In this document: one piece after another, positions 38,036 to 47,853 of the stretch
Numbering within the stretch: position 1 is the stretch's first letter
Layout of the letters: every line of letters starts with the position of its first letter
Origin: a bacterium
Lineage (GTDB): Bacteria > Patescibacteriota > Minisyncoccia > Phycocordibacterales > Zambryskibacteraceae
Direction: 5' to 3'
NCBI GenBank assembly: GCA_023266935.1
Contig: JAHFOF010000001.1
Coordinates: forward strand, 27-64,026
DNA length: 64,000 nucleotides
Notes under the pieces: generated by a model
What the model was told of the DNA's origin: nothing
What the model saw: only the letters and a program-made list of their open reading frames with translations
Databases searched by the model: none
Program-made: the position numbers and the translations under genes

Positions 38036-38106
38036 TGCGACCAGGGAGAATCGAACTCCCATCTCATCCTTGGCAAGGACGTGTTCTACCACTAAACCAT
38101 GGTCGC
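38036..38106 (-). tRNA. tRNA-Gly(GCC)
   Basis: GCGACCA...TGGTCGC-A; anticodon loop TTGCCAA; GTTCGATTC. Confidence 0.93.
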
Positions 38107-38201
38107 GAACTAAATGATAATAACTTATATCGCTCAAAAAATCGAGTATTAATCGAGTGAAATTGGTAATTAGTTTTCCTCGTGTTAGGATACTTATCTA
38201 G

Positions 38202-38272
38202 CGGGCTGTATTATAGAGGTATTATTCACGATTCGGGTTCGTGGGACCCGGGTTCGATTCCCGGCAGCCCGA
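38202..38272 (+). tRNA. tRNA-Pro(CGG)
   Basis: CGGGCTG...CAGCCCG-A; CACGA-TTCGGGT-TCGTG; GGTTCGATTCC. Confidence 0.9.
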
Positions 38273-38288
38273 AAGTGAATAGGACAAA

Positions 38289-38359
38289 CGGGGCGTAGTA
38301 TAGTGGTAGTATACTTGCTTTGGGAGCATGTGGTCCGAGTTCGATTCTCGGCGCCCCGA
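38289..38359 (+). tRNA. tRNA-Pro(TGG)
   Basis: CGGGGCG...CGCCCCG-A; anticodon loop TTTGGGA; GTTCGATTC. Confidence 0.92.
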
Positions 38360-38371
38360 AAGAATACCAAT

Positions 38372-38442
38372 GCGGGATTAGTTTAGTGGTAAAACGACAG
38401 TTTTCCAAACTGTAGTCGGGAGTCCGATTCCCCCATCCCGCA
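38372..38442 (+). tRNA. tRNA-Gly(TCC)
   Basis: GCGGGAT...ATCCCGC-A; ACAGT-TTTCCAA-ACTGT; atypical T-loop TCCGATT. Confidence 0.88.
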
Positions 38443-38476
38443 CAAAATTTCTTGTGCGTACCGTATACTAAATACA

Positions 38477-39940
38477 ATGGATAAATTAGTTATCCCCAAG
38501 TCGATTAAAAATGTTTCTAAAATTCTCTCGGATGCTGGGTTCGAGAATTTTGTTGTGGGAGGATGCGTTCGAGACATAATCATCGGCAGGGAACCAAAGG
38601 ATTGGGATTTAAATACAAATGCTACCCCAGAACAAATTATTTCTCTGTTTTCAAAAACATTTTATGAAAATGAATTCGGCACGGTCGGAGTAGTAAATGA
38701 AGAAGAAGAAAATGAGGCCTTAAAGATTGTTGAGATCACTCCATACAGAATTGAATCTGGATATTCTGATTTTCGTCGACCAGATAAGGTTGAATGGGGT
38801 AAAACACTTGGACAAGACCTCGCTCGTCGAGACTTCACGATTAATGCACTTGCTTATGATGTTCAAAACGAAAGATTAATTGATCCTTTTGATGGGAAAA
38901 AAGATATCGAAAAGAAAATGATTCGCACAGTAGGAAAGCCCGAAGAAAGATTTCATGAAGATGCTCTTCGAATGCTTCGCGCATTACGCTTTGCTTCAAC
39001 TTTAGACTTTGTCATTGAACACGAAACTCAAGAAGCTATAGAAAAAAATGCTTACCTCCTCGAACACATTAGCAAAGAACGAATTCGGGATGAGTTTATA
39101 AAAATAATAATGTCTGATTCTCCGGCTATTGCTCTTGATTTATGTGCTCGGCTCAAACTTTTAAAATTTATCTCTCCAGAATTTGAAAAGGGGATAGGTG
39201 TTGAACAAAACAAGGCTCATGCTTATACCATTTGGGAACATCTTCTTCGTTCACTCGATCATTCAGCCAAGAAAAACATGCCATTGCATGTTCGCTTATC
39301 AGCTCTTCTTCATGACATAGCCAAACCACACACGAAAAAATGGCTAAATGGTCAGTGGACTTTTTATGGACATGAAGTAGTGGGTGCGAAAGTTGCTAAA
39401 AACATTTTGGTCGACCTCAAATTCCCCAAGGAAATCATAGATAAAGTGGTTAAATTGGTTCGTTGGCACATGTTCTTCTCTGACACCGAAGAGATATCAC
39501 TTTCGGCTGTCCGCAGGATGGTTAAAAATGTCACCCCTGAACTAATTTGGGATCTCATAGATGTTCGCACGGCAGATAGAATAGGGACTGGTCGTCCAAA
39601 GGAGACACCCTATCGTCTTCGAAAATATAAATCGATGATAGAAGAGGTGATGCGTGATCCGATATCTGTTAAACAGCTCAAGATTGGCGGAGGGGAGATA
39701 ATGAAACTAACAGACGCTCCTGCTGGTCCTCATATAGGTTTCATACTTGAAATTCTCTTGTCTGAAGTACTAGAAGATCCAACTCTCAATACAAATGATT
39801 ACCTCGAAAAGAAAGTTCTCGAGTTATACACACTCAAACTAGAAGAATTAATGGGGCTCGGGAGAGAAGCAAGAATGAAGAATGAATCAGAAGAGGAGAA
39901 AGAAAGTGAAAGGGTAAAAGAAAAATATGGTGTAAGGTAG
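38477..39940 (+). CDS. cca: CCA tRNA nucleotidyltransferase with HD domain
   Basis: VGGCVRD, KDWD, DLARRDFTINA, EDALRMLR, LLHDIAK. Confidence 0.92.
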   Translation: MDKLVIPKSIKNVSKILSDAGFENFVVGGCVRDIIIGREPKDWDLNTNATPEQIISLFSKTFYENEFGTVGVVNEEEENEALKIVEITPYRIESGYSDFRRPDKVEWGKTLGQDLARRDFTINALAYDVQNERLIDPFDGKKDIEKKMIRTVGKPEERFHEDALRMLRALRFASTLDFVIEHETQEAIEKNAYLLEHISKERIRDEFIKIIMSDSPAIALDLCARLKLLKFISPEFEKGIGVEQNKAHAYTIWEHLLRSLDHSAKKNMPLHVRLSALLHDIAKPHTKKWLNGQWTFYGHEVVGAKVAKNILVDLKFPKEIIDKVVKLVRWHMFFSDTEEISLSAVRRMVKNVTPELIWDLIDVRTADRIGTGRPKETPYRLRKYKSMIEEVMRDPISVKQLKIGGGEIMKLTDAPAGPHIGFILEILLSEVLEDPTLNTNDYLEKKVLELYTLKLEELMGLGREARMKNESEEEKESERVKEKYGVR

Positions 39941-39950
39941 TTTCATAAAC

Positions 39951-39978
39951 AAAAATCCCGACATTGGTCGGGATTTTT
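39951..39978. terminator. Bidirectional terminator between cca and hup
   Basis: AAAAATCCCGAC-ATTG-GTCGGGATTTTT perfect inverted repeat between convergent genes. Confidence 0.8.
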
Positions 39979-40020
39979 GTGAGTGGACGAAACAAAATCT
40001 ATTCTAGTGATTCATAAATT

Positions 40021-40293
40021 TTATTTTACTGCGTCCTTGAGAGCTTTCGCCGGGCGGAACTTCGGTACTCGCATCGAAGGGACCGAGATAGATTCGCCTG
40101 TGCGGGGATTCCTAGCTTGCCTTGCAGCGCGAACTTTGGTCGAGAAGATTCCGAGACCTGCAATCGAGACTTCACCGCCCTTCTTCAAAGTTTGGACGAT
40201 AGATTCGATCACTGTGTCTACGACTTCTTCTGCTTGCACTTTCGTGCTGCCAAGTTTGCCGTGCACTGCGTTTGCGATGTCTGTCTTGTTCAT
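40021..40293 (-). CDS. hup: DNA-binding protein HU
   Basis: MNKTDI, GLGIFS, ARNPRTGE, PKFRPAKALKDAV. Confidence 0.95.
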   Translation of the reverse strand: MNKTDIANAVHGKLGSTKVQAEEVVDTVIESIVQTLKKGGEVSIAGLGIFSTKVRAARQARNPRTGESISVPSMRVPKFRPAKALKDAVK

Positions 40294-40398
40294 TTTAATT
40301 CTCGTCAAATTATTTCTAAAGTTCTTAGCGCCCGGTCAAGGGGTGTAAGACAATAATAATTATATCCTAAGCCGTATTTTCTCGCCAGTAGGTCCGGG

Positions 40399-41928
40399 TT
40401 ATCGAGCAAACTCTATTGCCCGTGCTTCACGGATAACATTCACTTTTATCTCTCCTGGATACTTGAGGTCTTTTTCTATTCGGATGGCTATTTCTCGAGC
40501 CAAGTTCTTCGCTTCTAGGTCTGTGACCTTCTCTGGAGTAACAAAAACCCTTATTTCTCGACCTGCCTGGAGGGCATAGGCCTTCTCAACACCATTAAAG
40601 GACAAAGCGATGGCTTCTAGGTCTTCTAGACGCTTTAGATAGTGTTCTACAGTATCTCGTCTGGCTCCTGGTCGTCCGCCAGAGATAGCATCAGCTGTTT
40701 GCACAATGATGGATTCGATAGTTTCATAAGGATATTCACCATGATGAGCTTGCATGGCCTTTATCACTTGTTCATCAACATTAAACTTTTGGAGTATTCG
40801 ACGACCAATTTCTACGTGTGTCCCTGAGACCTCGTGATCAAGGGCTTTACCTATATCGTGAAGAAGGGCACCTGTCTTGGCAATAGTTACATTCGCTCCT
40901 AGTTCTTCGGCCAACATACCCGCAAGGTGAGTCATCTCTACAGAGTGGGCCAAAACATTTTGACCATATGAGGTACGAAAATGAAGTCGCCCGAGAATTG
41001 CTAGGAGTTTCGGGTCAAGGTTATAGACTCCACACTCAAAAGCAGCAGCTTCACCTTTTTCCTTTATGATTTTATTAACCTCGGCTCGAGCTTTTTCTAC
41101 AAACTCTTCTATTTTCGCCGGTTGAATTCGTCCGTCTGTAATTAAATTCTCCAAAGACATCTTGGCCACTGCTCTACGGACAGGGTCGAAGGAGGAAAGG
41201 GTAATAGAGCCAGGAGTATCATCCACAATAACTTCTACTCCCGTGGCTCGTTCAAAGGCTTTGATGTTTCTTCCTTCCTTGCCGATTATTTTGCCTTTCA
41301 GCTCGTCAGAAGCAAGAGGAACTGAAGTAGCCATCACTTCTCCAGTCACAGAAGAGGCGAGACGTTGAATCGTGGTCGCAAGCATGTGACGAGCTTTCTC
41401 TTCTATTTTTTCTTCACTTTGAGTCTCCAGCTTTTGCATTCGGATAAGAATATCTTCTTCAGATTGTTTCTCTATCATATTTAAAAGTTCTTCACGAGCT
41501 TCCTTTGGAGAAAGTCCGGCCACTTTAGCCAACTCTTCGTTTCTTTTTTGGATTAATTCATCGGCTTTTTCTCTGATAGCTTTGATTTCACTGACTTTCT
41601 CTTTCACATATTCAACTTCTTTGTCTATATCGACCTGCCTGTTGTCCAAAAATTCTTCTTTTTTTATTAAACGATCTTCGTTTTTCTTCGCTCTATCCTC
41701 TCGTTCAGCAACAGTGTCTTCAGCTTTCTTTAAAATTTCCCCTGCTTTAGTTTCTGCATTAGAAATAACTTCTTGGGCTTCCTCACGAGCTTTGAGCTCC
41801 ATCTGTTTGATGTCCAACTCCATTGAACCCTTCTTGCCCAAAGAGATAATGACACGCAACAAATAACCGAGACCAATCCCGGCTGATGCAGCAAGCAAAG
41901 CTAGCAAAAAGGCTAATTTAAGTGACAT
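40399..41928 (-). CDS. rny: Ribonuclease Y
   Basis: N-terminal TM and coiled coil, KGKIIGKEGRNI KH, LLHDIGKA HD, SGGRPGAR. Confidence 0.97.
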   Translation of the reverse strand: MSLKLAFLLALLAASAGIGLGYLLRVIISLGKKGSMELDIKQMELKAREEAQEVISNAETKAGEILKKAEDTVAEREDRAKKNEDRLIKKEEFLDNRQVDIDKEVEYVKEKVSEIKAIREKADELIQKRNEELAKVAGLSPKEAREELLNMIEKQSEEDILIRMQKLETQSEEKIEEKARHMLATTIQRLASSVTGEVMATSVPLASDELKGKIIGKEGRNIKAFERATGVEVIVDDTPGSITLSSFDPVRRAVAKMSLENLITDGRIQPAKIEEFVEKARAEVNKIIKEKGEAAAFECGVYNLDPKLLAILGRLHFRTSYGQNVLAHSVEMTHLAGMLAEELGANVTIAKTGALLHDIGKALDHEVSGTHVEIGRRILQKFNVDEQVIKAMQAHHGEYPYETIESIIVQTADAISGGRPGARRDTVEHYLKRLEDLEAIALSFNGVEKAYALQAGREIRVFVTPEKVTDLEAKNLAREIAIRIEKDLKYPGEIKVNVIREARAIEFAR

Positions 41929-42037
41929 TTGGGTGTTTCGGAACCGTCAGGCAGGGGAGGGAAAAAGCAGAAAAAGTCAGGCGGAAAGTTAACGTTTCAA
42001 ATTTAATATAAATTGGAACACCCGAAGTGTACTATTT

Positions 42038-42613
42038 CTACAAAATCTTGTCAATTATGCCGTATTTTTTGGCTTCTTCGGAGTCCATGAAGAAATCTCT
42101 GTCACCATCCTTTTCTATCCTTTGTAACGTTTGACCAGTATTTTTAGCCAGTATTTTATTAAGAACCTCTTTTCTTCGGAGAATCCTCTTAGCACTTATT
42201 TCTATATCTGAGGCCATACCCTCTGCACCTCCTGATGGTTGGTGAATCATTACTTCTGCGTTTGGAAGGATGAATCTCTTGCCTTTTGCCCCTGCAGAAA
42301 GAATAACTGCGCCCATTGATGCTGCGAGCCCAACACACACAGTAGAGATATCACATTTAAGATGATTCATTGTATCAATAATAGCCAACCCCGCAGTGAT
42401 AACCCCACCTGGAGAATTTATGTAGAGAGAAATATCTTTCTTTGGATCTTCAGATTGGAGAAATAGAAGTTGGGCTATGACAATGTTTGCTGAATCATCA
42501 TCTATGGGACCGGCAAGGAAAATAATGCGTTCCTTAAGTAGACGAGAGTAGATGTCGTACGCTCTTTCACCATTTTGGCTCTTCTCTATGACTGTAGGGA
42601 TAAGATAACTCAT
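42038..42613 (-). CDS. clpP: ATP-dependent Clp protease proteolytic subunit
   Basis: [31 protein letters not shown]. Confidence 0.98.
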   Translation of the reverse strand: MSYLIPTVIEKSQNGERAYDIYSRLLKERIIFLAGPIDDDSANIVIAQLLFLQSEDPKKDISLYINSPGGVITAGLAIIDTMNHLKCDISTVCVGLAASMGAVILSAGAKGKRFILPNAEVMIHQPSGGAEGMASDIEISAKRILRRKEVLNKILAKNTGQTLQRIEKDGDRDFFMDSEEAKKYGIIDKIL

Positions 42614-42649
42614 GCGGATAGATTATATTAAACCAATAAAGGAATCAAG

Positions 42650-43615
42650 CTATTTCAAACCTTCCAGAAACTCAAAAACTTTTTCGTTGCGCATCATAGT
42701 GAACACATAAATTCGGGCCCGAAGAGGATCGGCATCCTTATAATGTTCGAGTAGGTGAGTGACTTCATGATTTAGTTCAGCTTCAGTTGGTTCTATTTTC
42801 TCTTCAACTGCAATTTTTGAAACGATTAATTCTGCTTTCGCCCGTTTCACTGCGTTTTCCTTCCACTCTTCTCGGATATTCTCTTCAGTTTTTTTAATAT
42901 TCTTTAAATAATCTTCCCATTTCATTCCCGCATGAGCGACATCATCTTTAAATTGTCCCATCATCTTCAGCAATTCTGATTCAATGAGTATTTTTGGCAC
43001 TTCTATCTCTGTTTCTTTAATCAAAGTGTCGATAATAGACAATCTTTTCTTCTCTTTGTTTTTTATTTCCTTTTCTTTCAGTAAATTTTCTTTAATTTTT
43101 GTTTCGATTGTTTCTCCTTCTTTAAGTTCTACTTTTATATTTTGCTTTTTTACCTCTTCGACCACTTCTGTCACTTCACCATCTTCTACTTTTGTTTCTA
43201 AAATTTCTGCATTTATTTTTTCTGCGATTTTTTTGTAGTCTGGAAGTTTAAATTCTGGTTCAATGGCCACAACCATCTTGAATTCTAGAGGAATGTTTTC
43301 GGCTAGTTTGGTGATGGAGACCGTTGGTCGTCCAACAGCAGGAATCTTTAATTCTTTGATGATGTTTGGATATTCTCTACCCAAGGCAATCTCAGCAGAT
43401 TCTTCGAGTACTCCGAGTTCACCTACTTTTTTTACCAAAACATCTTCAGGAATCTTGCCTGGGCGAAACCCGGCTACTTCTGAGCGATTGTTTAATTCTT
43501 TCAGAGCTTCTTTTCTACATTCGACCAAAAAGGAGAGTGCTATCTCTCCAGTGATTTCTACTTCCGAATCGGGAAGCTTTTTGGTCTTTAGTTGATCGAA
43601 GTGTTTATGAGGCAT
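42650..43615 (-). CDS. tig: Trigger factor (short, PPIase domain apparently absent)
   Basis: GFRPGKIP ribosome-binding signature; upstream of clpP. Confidence 0.9.
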   Translation of the reverse strand: MPHKHFDQLKTKKLPDSEVEITGEIALSFLVECRKEALKELNNRSEVAGFRPGKIPEDVLVKKVGELGVLEESAEIALGREYPNIIKELKIPAVGRPTVSITKLAENIPLEFKMVVAIEPEFKLPDYKKIAEKINAEILETKVEDGEVTEVVEEVKKQNIKVELKEGETIETKIKENLLKEKEIKNKEKKRLSIIDTLIKETEIEVPKILIESELLKMMGQFKDDVAHAGMKWEDYLKNIKKTEENIREEWKENAVKRAKAELIVSKIAVEEKIEPTEAELNHEVTHLLEHYKDADPLRARIYVFTMMRNEKVFEFLEGLK

Positions 43616-43886
43616 TGATCTGTGAACCGAGATTGTTCGTATCTGTATTCTTTAGGTCACTCTGGATTGAAGCTGGATTATCAGAAGTTGATTGGGTGTC
43701 GATATTTGAAGTATCTACCGTTGGTTCTGCAGTAGGAGAAACCTGGTTGCCATAGATATCCGTGGTGGTATCTGTGCTTCTCTGTCCCCAAAAATACAAT
43801 CCCCCAAGGACTACTACCGCCAGGATGATGATGGTTGCGATAACTGGTCCTATTGAACCCTCACCGTTATTCATGTTTGTATCCAT
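43605..43886 (-). CDS. Small single-pass membrane protein
   Basis: TM segment then T/S/D-rich tail. Confidence 0.7.
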   Translation of the reverse strand: MDTNMNNGEGSIGPVIATIIILAVVVLGGLYFWGQRSTDTTTDIYGNQVSPTAEPTVDTSNIDTQSTSDNPASIQSDLKNTDTNNLGSQINAS

Positions 43887-43892
43887 GTTGGT

Positions 43893-44522
43893 TTAGTTAG
43901 TGCTTTTAGTAGTGGTTGCTTCTTCGCTATCATTATCCTTCACTTTCACTTTCTTCTCTACTCCTTGTATTAAAGTAGTGGCCTTTATCAAATATTCTTG
44001 AGTAGCCTTCAAGTCTGTTTTCGCTTTCTGTGCATCAGCTTTAATACTATCCAGAAGAGTTCTCACGGTAGTACTTGATGTAGCACTAGTGAGGTCTATA
44101 GCAGAGAAAGCAGCAATGTCTGATCGTCCGAGAGCGAGAGATGCTTTGCCCAAAGTGAGTTGAGCTTCAATGTCCGTAGTTGTTCCTCCGGCCGCTTTTA
44201 TTTTGGTTACTCTTGATTCTATTCTGGTAACAATTTTATCTAATCTGTCAGCAGTGGCAGTGAAAACTTTTATATCTTGTCGAACTTTGTTGTTTAGTTC
44301 TCTGCTTCGAAGTTCAGCCACCTTATCTTTCACTTCACTCCTCTTATCTGCTATTTCTTGTTTCTTTTGTTCAATATCTTTTTTTAGATTGTCTCGAAGA
44401 GTTTTTACTTCAACCCTTGGTTTGGTTGGTTGTTCTGTAGTGTTTGTTGTTTGAGCGAAAACAGGAAGGGTAATTAACGTTGACATCATGAGGATTGCTA
44501 GGGCGATTCTTTTGCGTGACAT
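43893..44522 (-). CDS. Secreted coiled-coil protein
   Basis: Signal peptide (..LPVFA|Q), helical K/E-rich body. Confidence 0.75.
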   Translation of the reverse strand: MSRKRIALAILMMSTLITLPVFAQTTNTTEQPTKPRVEVKTLRDNLKKDIEQKKQEIADKRSEVKDKVAELRSRELNNKVRQDIKVFTATADRLDKIVTRIESRVTKIKAAGGTTTDIEAQLTLGKASLALGRSDIAAFSAIDLTSATSSTTVRTLLDSIKADAQKAKTDLKATQEYLIKATTLIQGVEKKVKVKDNDSEEATTTKSTN

Positions 44523-44640
44523 TTTGAGTATATTAATTAACTTTTATTGTCTGCCGTTCCCGTATTAACTTTTACATTTTAACATATTTCTCCTTAGAGA
44601 ACCAAATTAGATAAGACTGGTTGGTAAGGTCAGAAAAGCC

Positions 44641-45780
44641 TTATTTTACTTCACTAATTGCCTCTGAGGAAGCCAACTCTTCTCCTTTCGCAGATTGAAC
44701 ATCGATTTTCCAACCCGTGAGCTTCGCAGCGAGACGAACGTTTTGACCGCCCTTGCCAATCGCAAGAGATTGCTGGTCTTCGGAAACATTTACCACAGCG
44801 GTTTTTCCTGATTCATCTTCTTTAAGATCGATGCTCATTACTTTCGCTGGAGACAAAGCTTCTTCGATAAACTTTTTAGGGTCTTCATTCCATTCGATCA
44901 CATCAATCTTTTCTCCACGGAGTTCGCTCATCACTGTCGAAACTCTAACTCCGCGTTGTCCAACGAGTGAACCGACCGGGTCGATGTGACTATCTTTGGC
45001 CTCTGCAGCGATTTTTGAACGATATCCTGCTTCTCTGGCAATCGCTTTGATGGTGACTGCACCGTTTTGTAATTCAGGAGCTTCAGCTTCAAAAAGCTTT
45101 TCCAAAAACTTTGGATGCGAACGAGAAAGTCGGAGGAATACTCCACGAGGAGATTCTTCTACGCGATAGAGGTATGCGCGGACTCGCTCACCTTGGGCGA
45201 AGTGTTCTCCGGGAATTTGTTCTTCATAAGGCAGAAGGCCCGTGGCTCGTCCCATGTCTACGAAGATGTTGCCTCGTTCGATTCTTTGGACCGTACCAGA
45301 AACAATCTCACCTTCTCGTTTACCGAATTCGGCGACCACAGAGGTTTTTTCTGCTTCACGAATCTTTTGCATAATCACTTGCTTCGCAGTTTGAGCAGCG
45401 ATGCGACCATAGTCACCCTTGGATTCAATAGGGAAGATGATTTCTTCACCAACTTGCGCGTCTCTTTTAATTTTCTTCGCATCTTCAAGGAGAATATGTT
45501 TTTCTGGGTCATAAATCGCTCGCTCGTCTCCTTCTTCAAGTTCTGCATCTTCGTCGAAGACTACAGTGGATTTATCTACAACTTCTTTCACTTGAAAAAA
45601 TTCAACCGCACCATTCTTCACATCAAAAGTGGTTCGAATAATCTGTCCACGCTTGCCGTATTCCTTTTTGTAAGCAGTTGCGAGTGCAGCTTCTATAGCT
45701 TCTAAAATTTTCGCACGAGGAATACCTCGAACTTCTTCGAGCTCACCGAGTACTGAATTGATGACTTTTAGATCAAACAT
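44641..45780 (-). CDS. nusA: Transcription factor NusA
   Basis: GRIAAQTAKQ, AREAGYRSKIA, SLAIGKGGQNVRLAAKLTGWKID. Confidence 0.98.
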   Translation of the reverse strand: MFDLKVINSVLGELEEVRGIPRAKILEAIEAALATAYKKEYGKRGQIIRTTFDVKNGAVEFFQVKEVVDKSTVVFDEDAELEEGDERAIYDPEKHILLEDAKKIKRDAQVGEEIIFPIESKGDYGRIAAQTAKQVIMQKIREAEKTSVVAEFGKREGEIVSGTVQRIERGNIFVDMGRATGLLPYEEQIPGEHFAQGERVRAYLYRVEESPRGVFLRLSRSHPKFLEKLFEAEAPELQNGAVTIKAIAREAGYRSKIAAEAKDSHIDPVGSLVGQRGVRVSTVMSELRGEKIDVIEWNEDPKKFIEEALSPAKVMSIDLKEDESGKTAVVNVSEDQQSLAIGKGGQNVRLAAKLTGWKIDVQSAKGEELASSEAISEVK

Positions 45781-45949
45781 ATTAATGATTTTCTTGAGCA
45801 GAGCGATTAGAAAATCTTAATCCCGCCTTGGCGGGATGTAAGAAATTTATACTCGTATACTCGTTAAATTTCTAATCATTCTACTAAAGAAGTCCGCCTT
45901 TCGGCGAACTTCTATTTACTCGTTTAGTATACACGATTGGTGTTTTTTG

Positions 45950-46873
45950 TCAAGAATTATTTCCCCTTGAATGAAACTTCTTATGCGTATCTCGTAGAGC
46001 TTTGTCGGTCACGTGGGTATAGATTTGAGTAGTAGCGATGTTTGCGTGGCCCAAAAGCATCTGGACTGAACGAAGGTCTGCGCCGTTAGAGAGTAAGTCT
46101 GTGGCGAACATATGCCTGACCACATGGGGAGTGACTCGTTTAGATATTCCTGCTTTAATCGCCAATTTTTTTATAATGCGTTCAACCGAGCGGGAAGTGA
46201 GTCGAGTTGGTTCTTCACTCTCATTCACAAACAAAGCATCGTCCATATCTTTTCTTTTTTCCAAATATTTTTTTATAGCATCTTTTGATTCATCAGATAA
46301 GAAAACTACTCGCACTTTCTCACCCTTACCTCGAACAGAAAATTCATCACTCTTTAGATTGATATCTCTGGGTAGGGAACAGAGTTCAGACACACGCAGA
46401 CCGGTGGAAAAAAGAGTTTCTACGATGGCTTTGTCTCTCAACCCTTGGAGAGTCGCAGTATCTGGCACTTCGAGAAGTCGAAGAAGTTCTTCATGAGTGA
46501 TTAAATCAATCTGCCTCTCTCCAACTTTGGCCAATTCAATCACTTCTGGAGAGATGACCTTTTCACCCCTCTTGGCCAAATATTTCAAGAATGCCCGCAA
46601 AGCGATGAGGTAATAGTTTTGGGTTTTTTTCTTCAGTGTGTTTTCTCCAGAATAAGAACTGCGCTCTCGCGTGCCTTGTCTGTTCAACCACAACCTAAAC
46701 TCTCGAATCAAATCCTGAGTGATGTTTTTAGGATCCTTGACCTTTGCAAACCCAAGAAACCGAGTGAGGTAGTGGTCATAGTTTTCTACCGTTTTCAAAC
46801 TGCGTCCTCTCTCTATTTCTGTATATTCGAGGAATTCTCGCTTCAATCGTTCAAGTTCTGTAGTAGTTGCCAT
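45950..46873 (-). CDS. XerC/D-family tyrosine recombinase
   Basis: STGLRVSEL, GKGEKVR, TPHVVRHMFAT, LLGHANIATTQIYT. Confidence 0.93.
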   Translation of the reverse strand: MATTTELERLKREFLEYTEIERGRSLKTVENYDHYLTRFLGFAKVKDPKNITQDLIREFRLWLNRQGTRERSSYSGENTLKKKTQNYYLIALRAFLKYLAKRGEKVISPEVIELAKVGERQIDLITHEELLRLLEVPDTATLQGLRDKAIVETLFSTGLRVSELCSLPRDINLKSDEFSVRGKGEKVRVVFLSDESKDAIKKYLEKRKDMDDALFVNESEEPTRLTSRSVERIIKKLAIKAGISKRVTPHVVRHMFATDLLSNGADLRSVQMLLGHANIATTQIYTHVTDKALRDTHKKFHSRGNNS

Positions 46874-46930
46874 GTCGCACAATATTATACCTCACTTGAT
46901 TAAAAATGGCTTGTATGCTATCATTATTCG

Positions 46931-47197
46931 GTGATTTCAAAGACCAAAAAAGCCAAAGTTATCAAAGAAGCCCAGATCCACGATAAGGATACGGGTTCTG
47001 CAGCTGTACAAATTTCAATACTTTCGAAGCGCATAGAAGAGCTCGCTGCTCATTTAAAGAAGAACAACAAGGACAACCACTCTCGCCGAGGATTACTCGC
47101 GATGGTTGCTGACCGACAGGCGCATATGAAATACCTTGAGAAGAAAAGCCCTAAAACAGCCTTGGCTCTCCAAAAGAAAATCGGTCTGAAGAAATAA
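46931..47197 (+). CDS. rpsO: 30S ribosomal protein S15
   Basis: DTGSAAVQI, HLKKNNKDNHSRRGLL. Confidence 0.96.
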   Translation: MISKTKKAKVIKEAQIHDKDTGSAAVQISILSKRIEELAAHLKKNNKDNHSRRGLLAMVADRQAHMKYLEKKSPKTALALQKKIGLKK

Positions 47198-47292
47198 GAA
47201 ACAGCTTCAAGCTGTCAGCTTCTAGTGATTAGCTTTGATTCTAAATTCAAAAGCTATAAGCTAGCACCTAAAAGCTAGAACCTATTTAAATA

Positions 47293-47853
47293 ATGACAAT
47301 CATTAAACATAAAGCCCAACGTGTCGGCGTATTCATAGACACTCAAAACATTTATCATAGTGCGAAGAATCTTTATCATGCGAAGGCGAACTTCGGCGCG
47401 ATTTTAAAAGATGTCCTCGATGGACGAACTCTCGTTCGAGCCATCGCTTATGTAGCCACTACCGAAACAGGTGAAGAGAAAAACTTTTTCGACGCTCTTT
47501 CAAAGGTTGGGATAGAAACTCGCACTAAACCTCTCCAAATTTTCATCGGTGGAGCCAAGAAAGCTAACTGGGACATCGATCTGGCCATGGATGCAGTCAA
47601 ACTCGCGGGACATTTAGATACTGTGGTTATCGCTTCTGGTGATGGTGACTTCGTTTCGCTGGTAGAATATTTACAAAACACTCACGGCACTCAAGTAGAA
47701 GTTGTAGCTTTCGGCAAATCTTCATCAGCCAAATTGATTGAATCCGCTGACGATTTCTTCGATCTCGATGCCAATCCAAAAAAATATTTAATGGGTTTAG
47801 AAGATAGGCGTCCTCGTGAAAGATCTGTTAAATCAGGTAATATAGGGTTATGA
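47293..47853 (+). CDS. NYN domain (LabA/DUF88) protein
   Basis: VFIDTQN, D.DLAMD, SGDGDF, ADDFFDL. Confidence 0.9.
   Translation: MTIIKHKAQRVGVFIDTQNIYHSAKNLYHAKANFGAILKDVLDGRTLVRAIAYVATTETGEEKNFFDALSKVGIETRTKPLQIFIGGAKKANWDIDLAMDAVKLAGHLDTVVIASGDGDFVSLVEYLQNTHGTQVEVVAFGKSSSAKLIESADDFFDLDANPKKYLMGLEDRRPRERSVKSGNIGL

Noticed and set aside
37905-38583. Short ORFs over the tRNA cluster
   Set aside because: Translations of tRNA genes.
45820-45837. Hairpin ATCCCGCC-TT-GGCGGGAT with the same stem as the DGR hairpin, as a sign of a second target
   Set aside because: No TR-like sequence or IMH adjacent on either strand. A similar CCGCC-TTT-GGCGG occurs near 37215, so it may be a general small palindrome, which also tempers confidence in the DGR hairpin call.
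45950-46873. Tyrosine recombinase as a prophage or island integrase
   Set aside because: Xer-like size and motifs, flanked by nusA and rpsO, with no att repeats or cargo seen.
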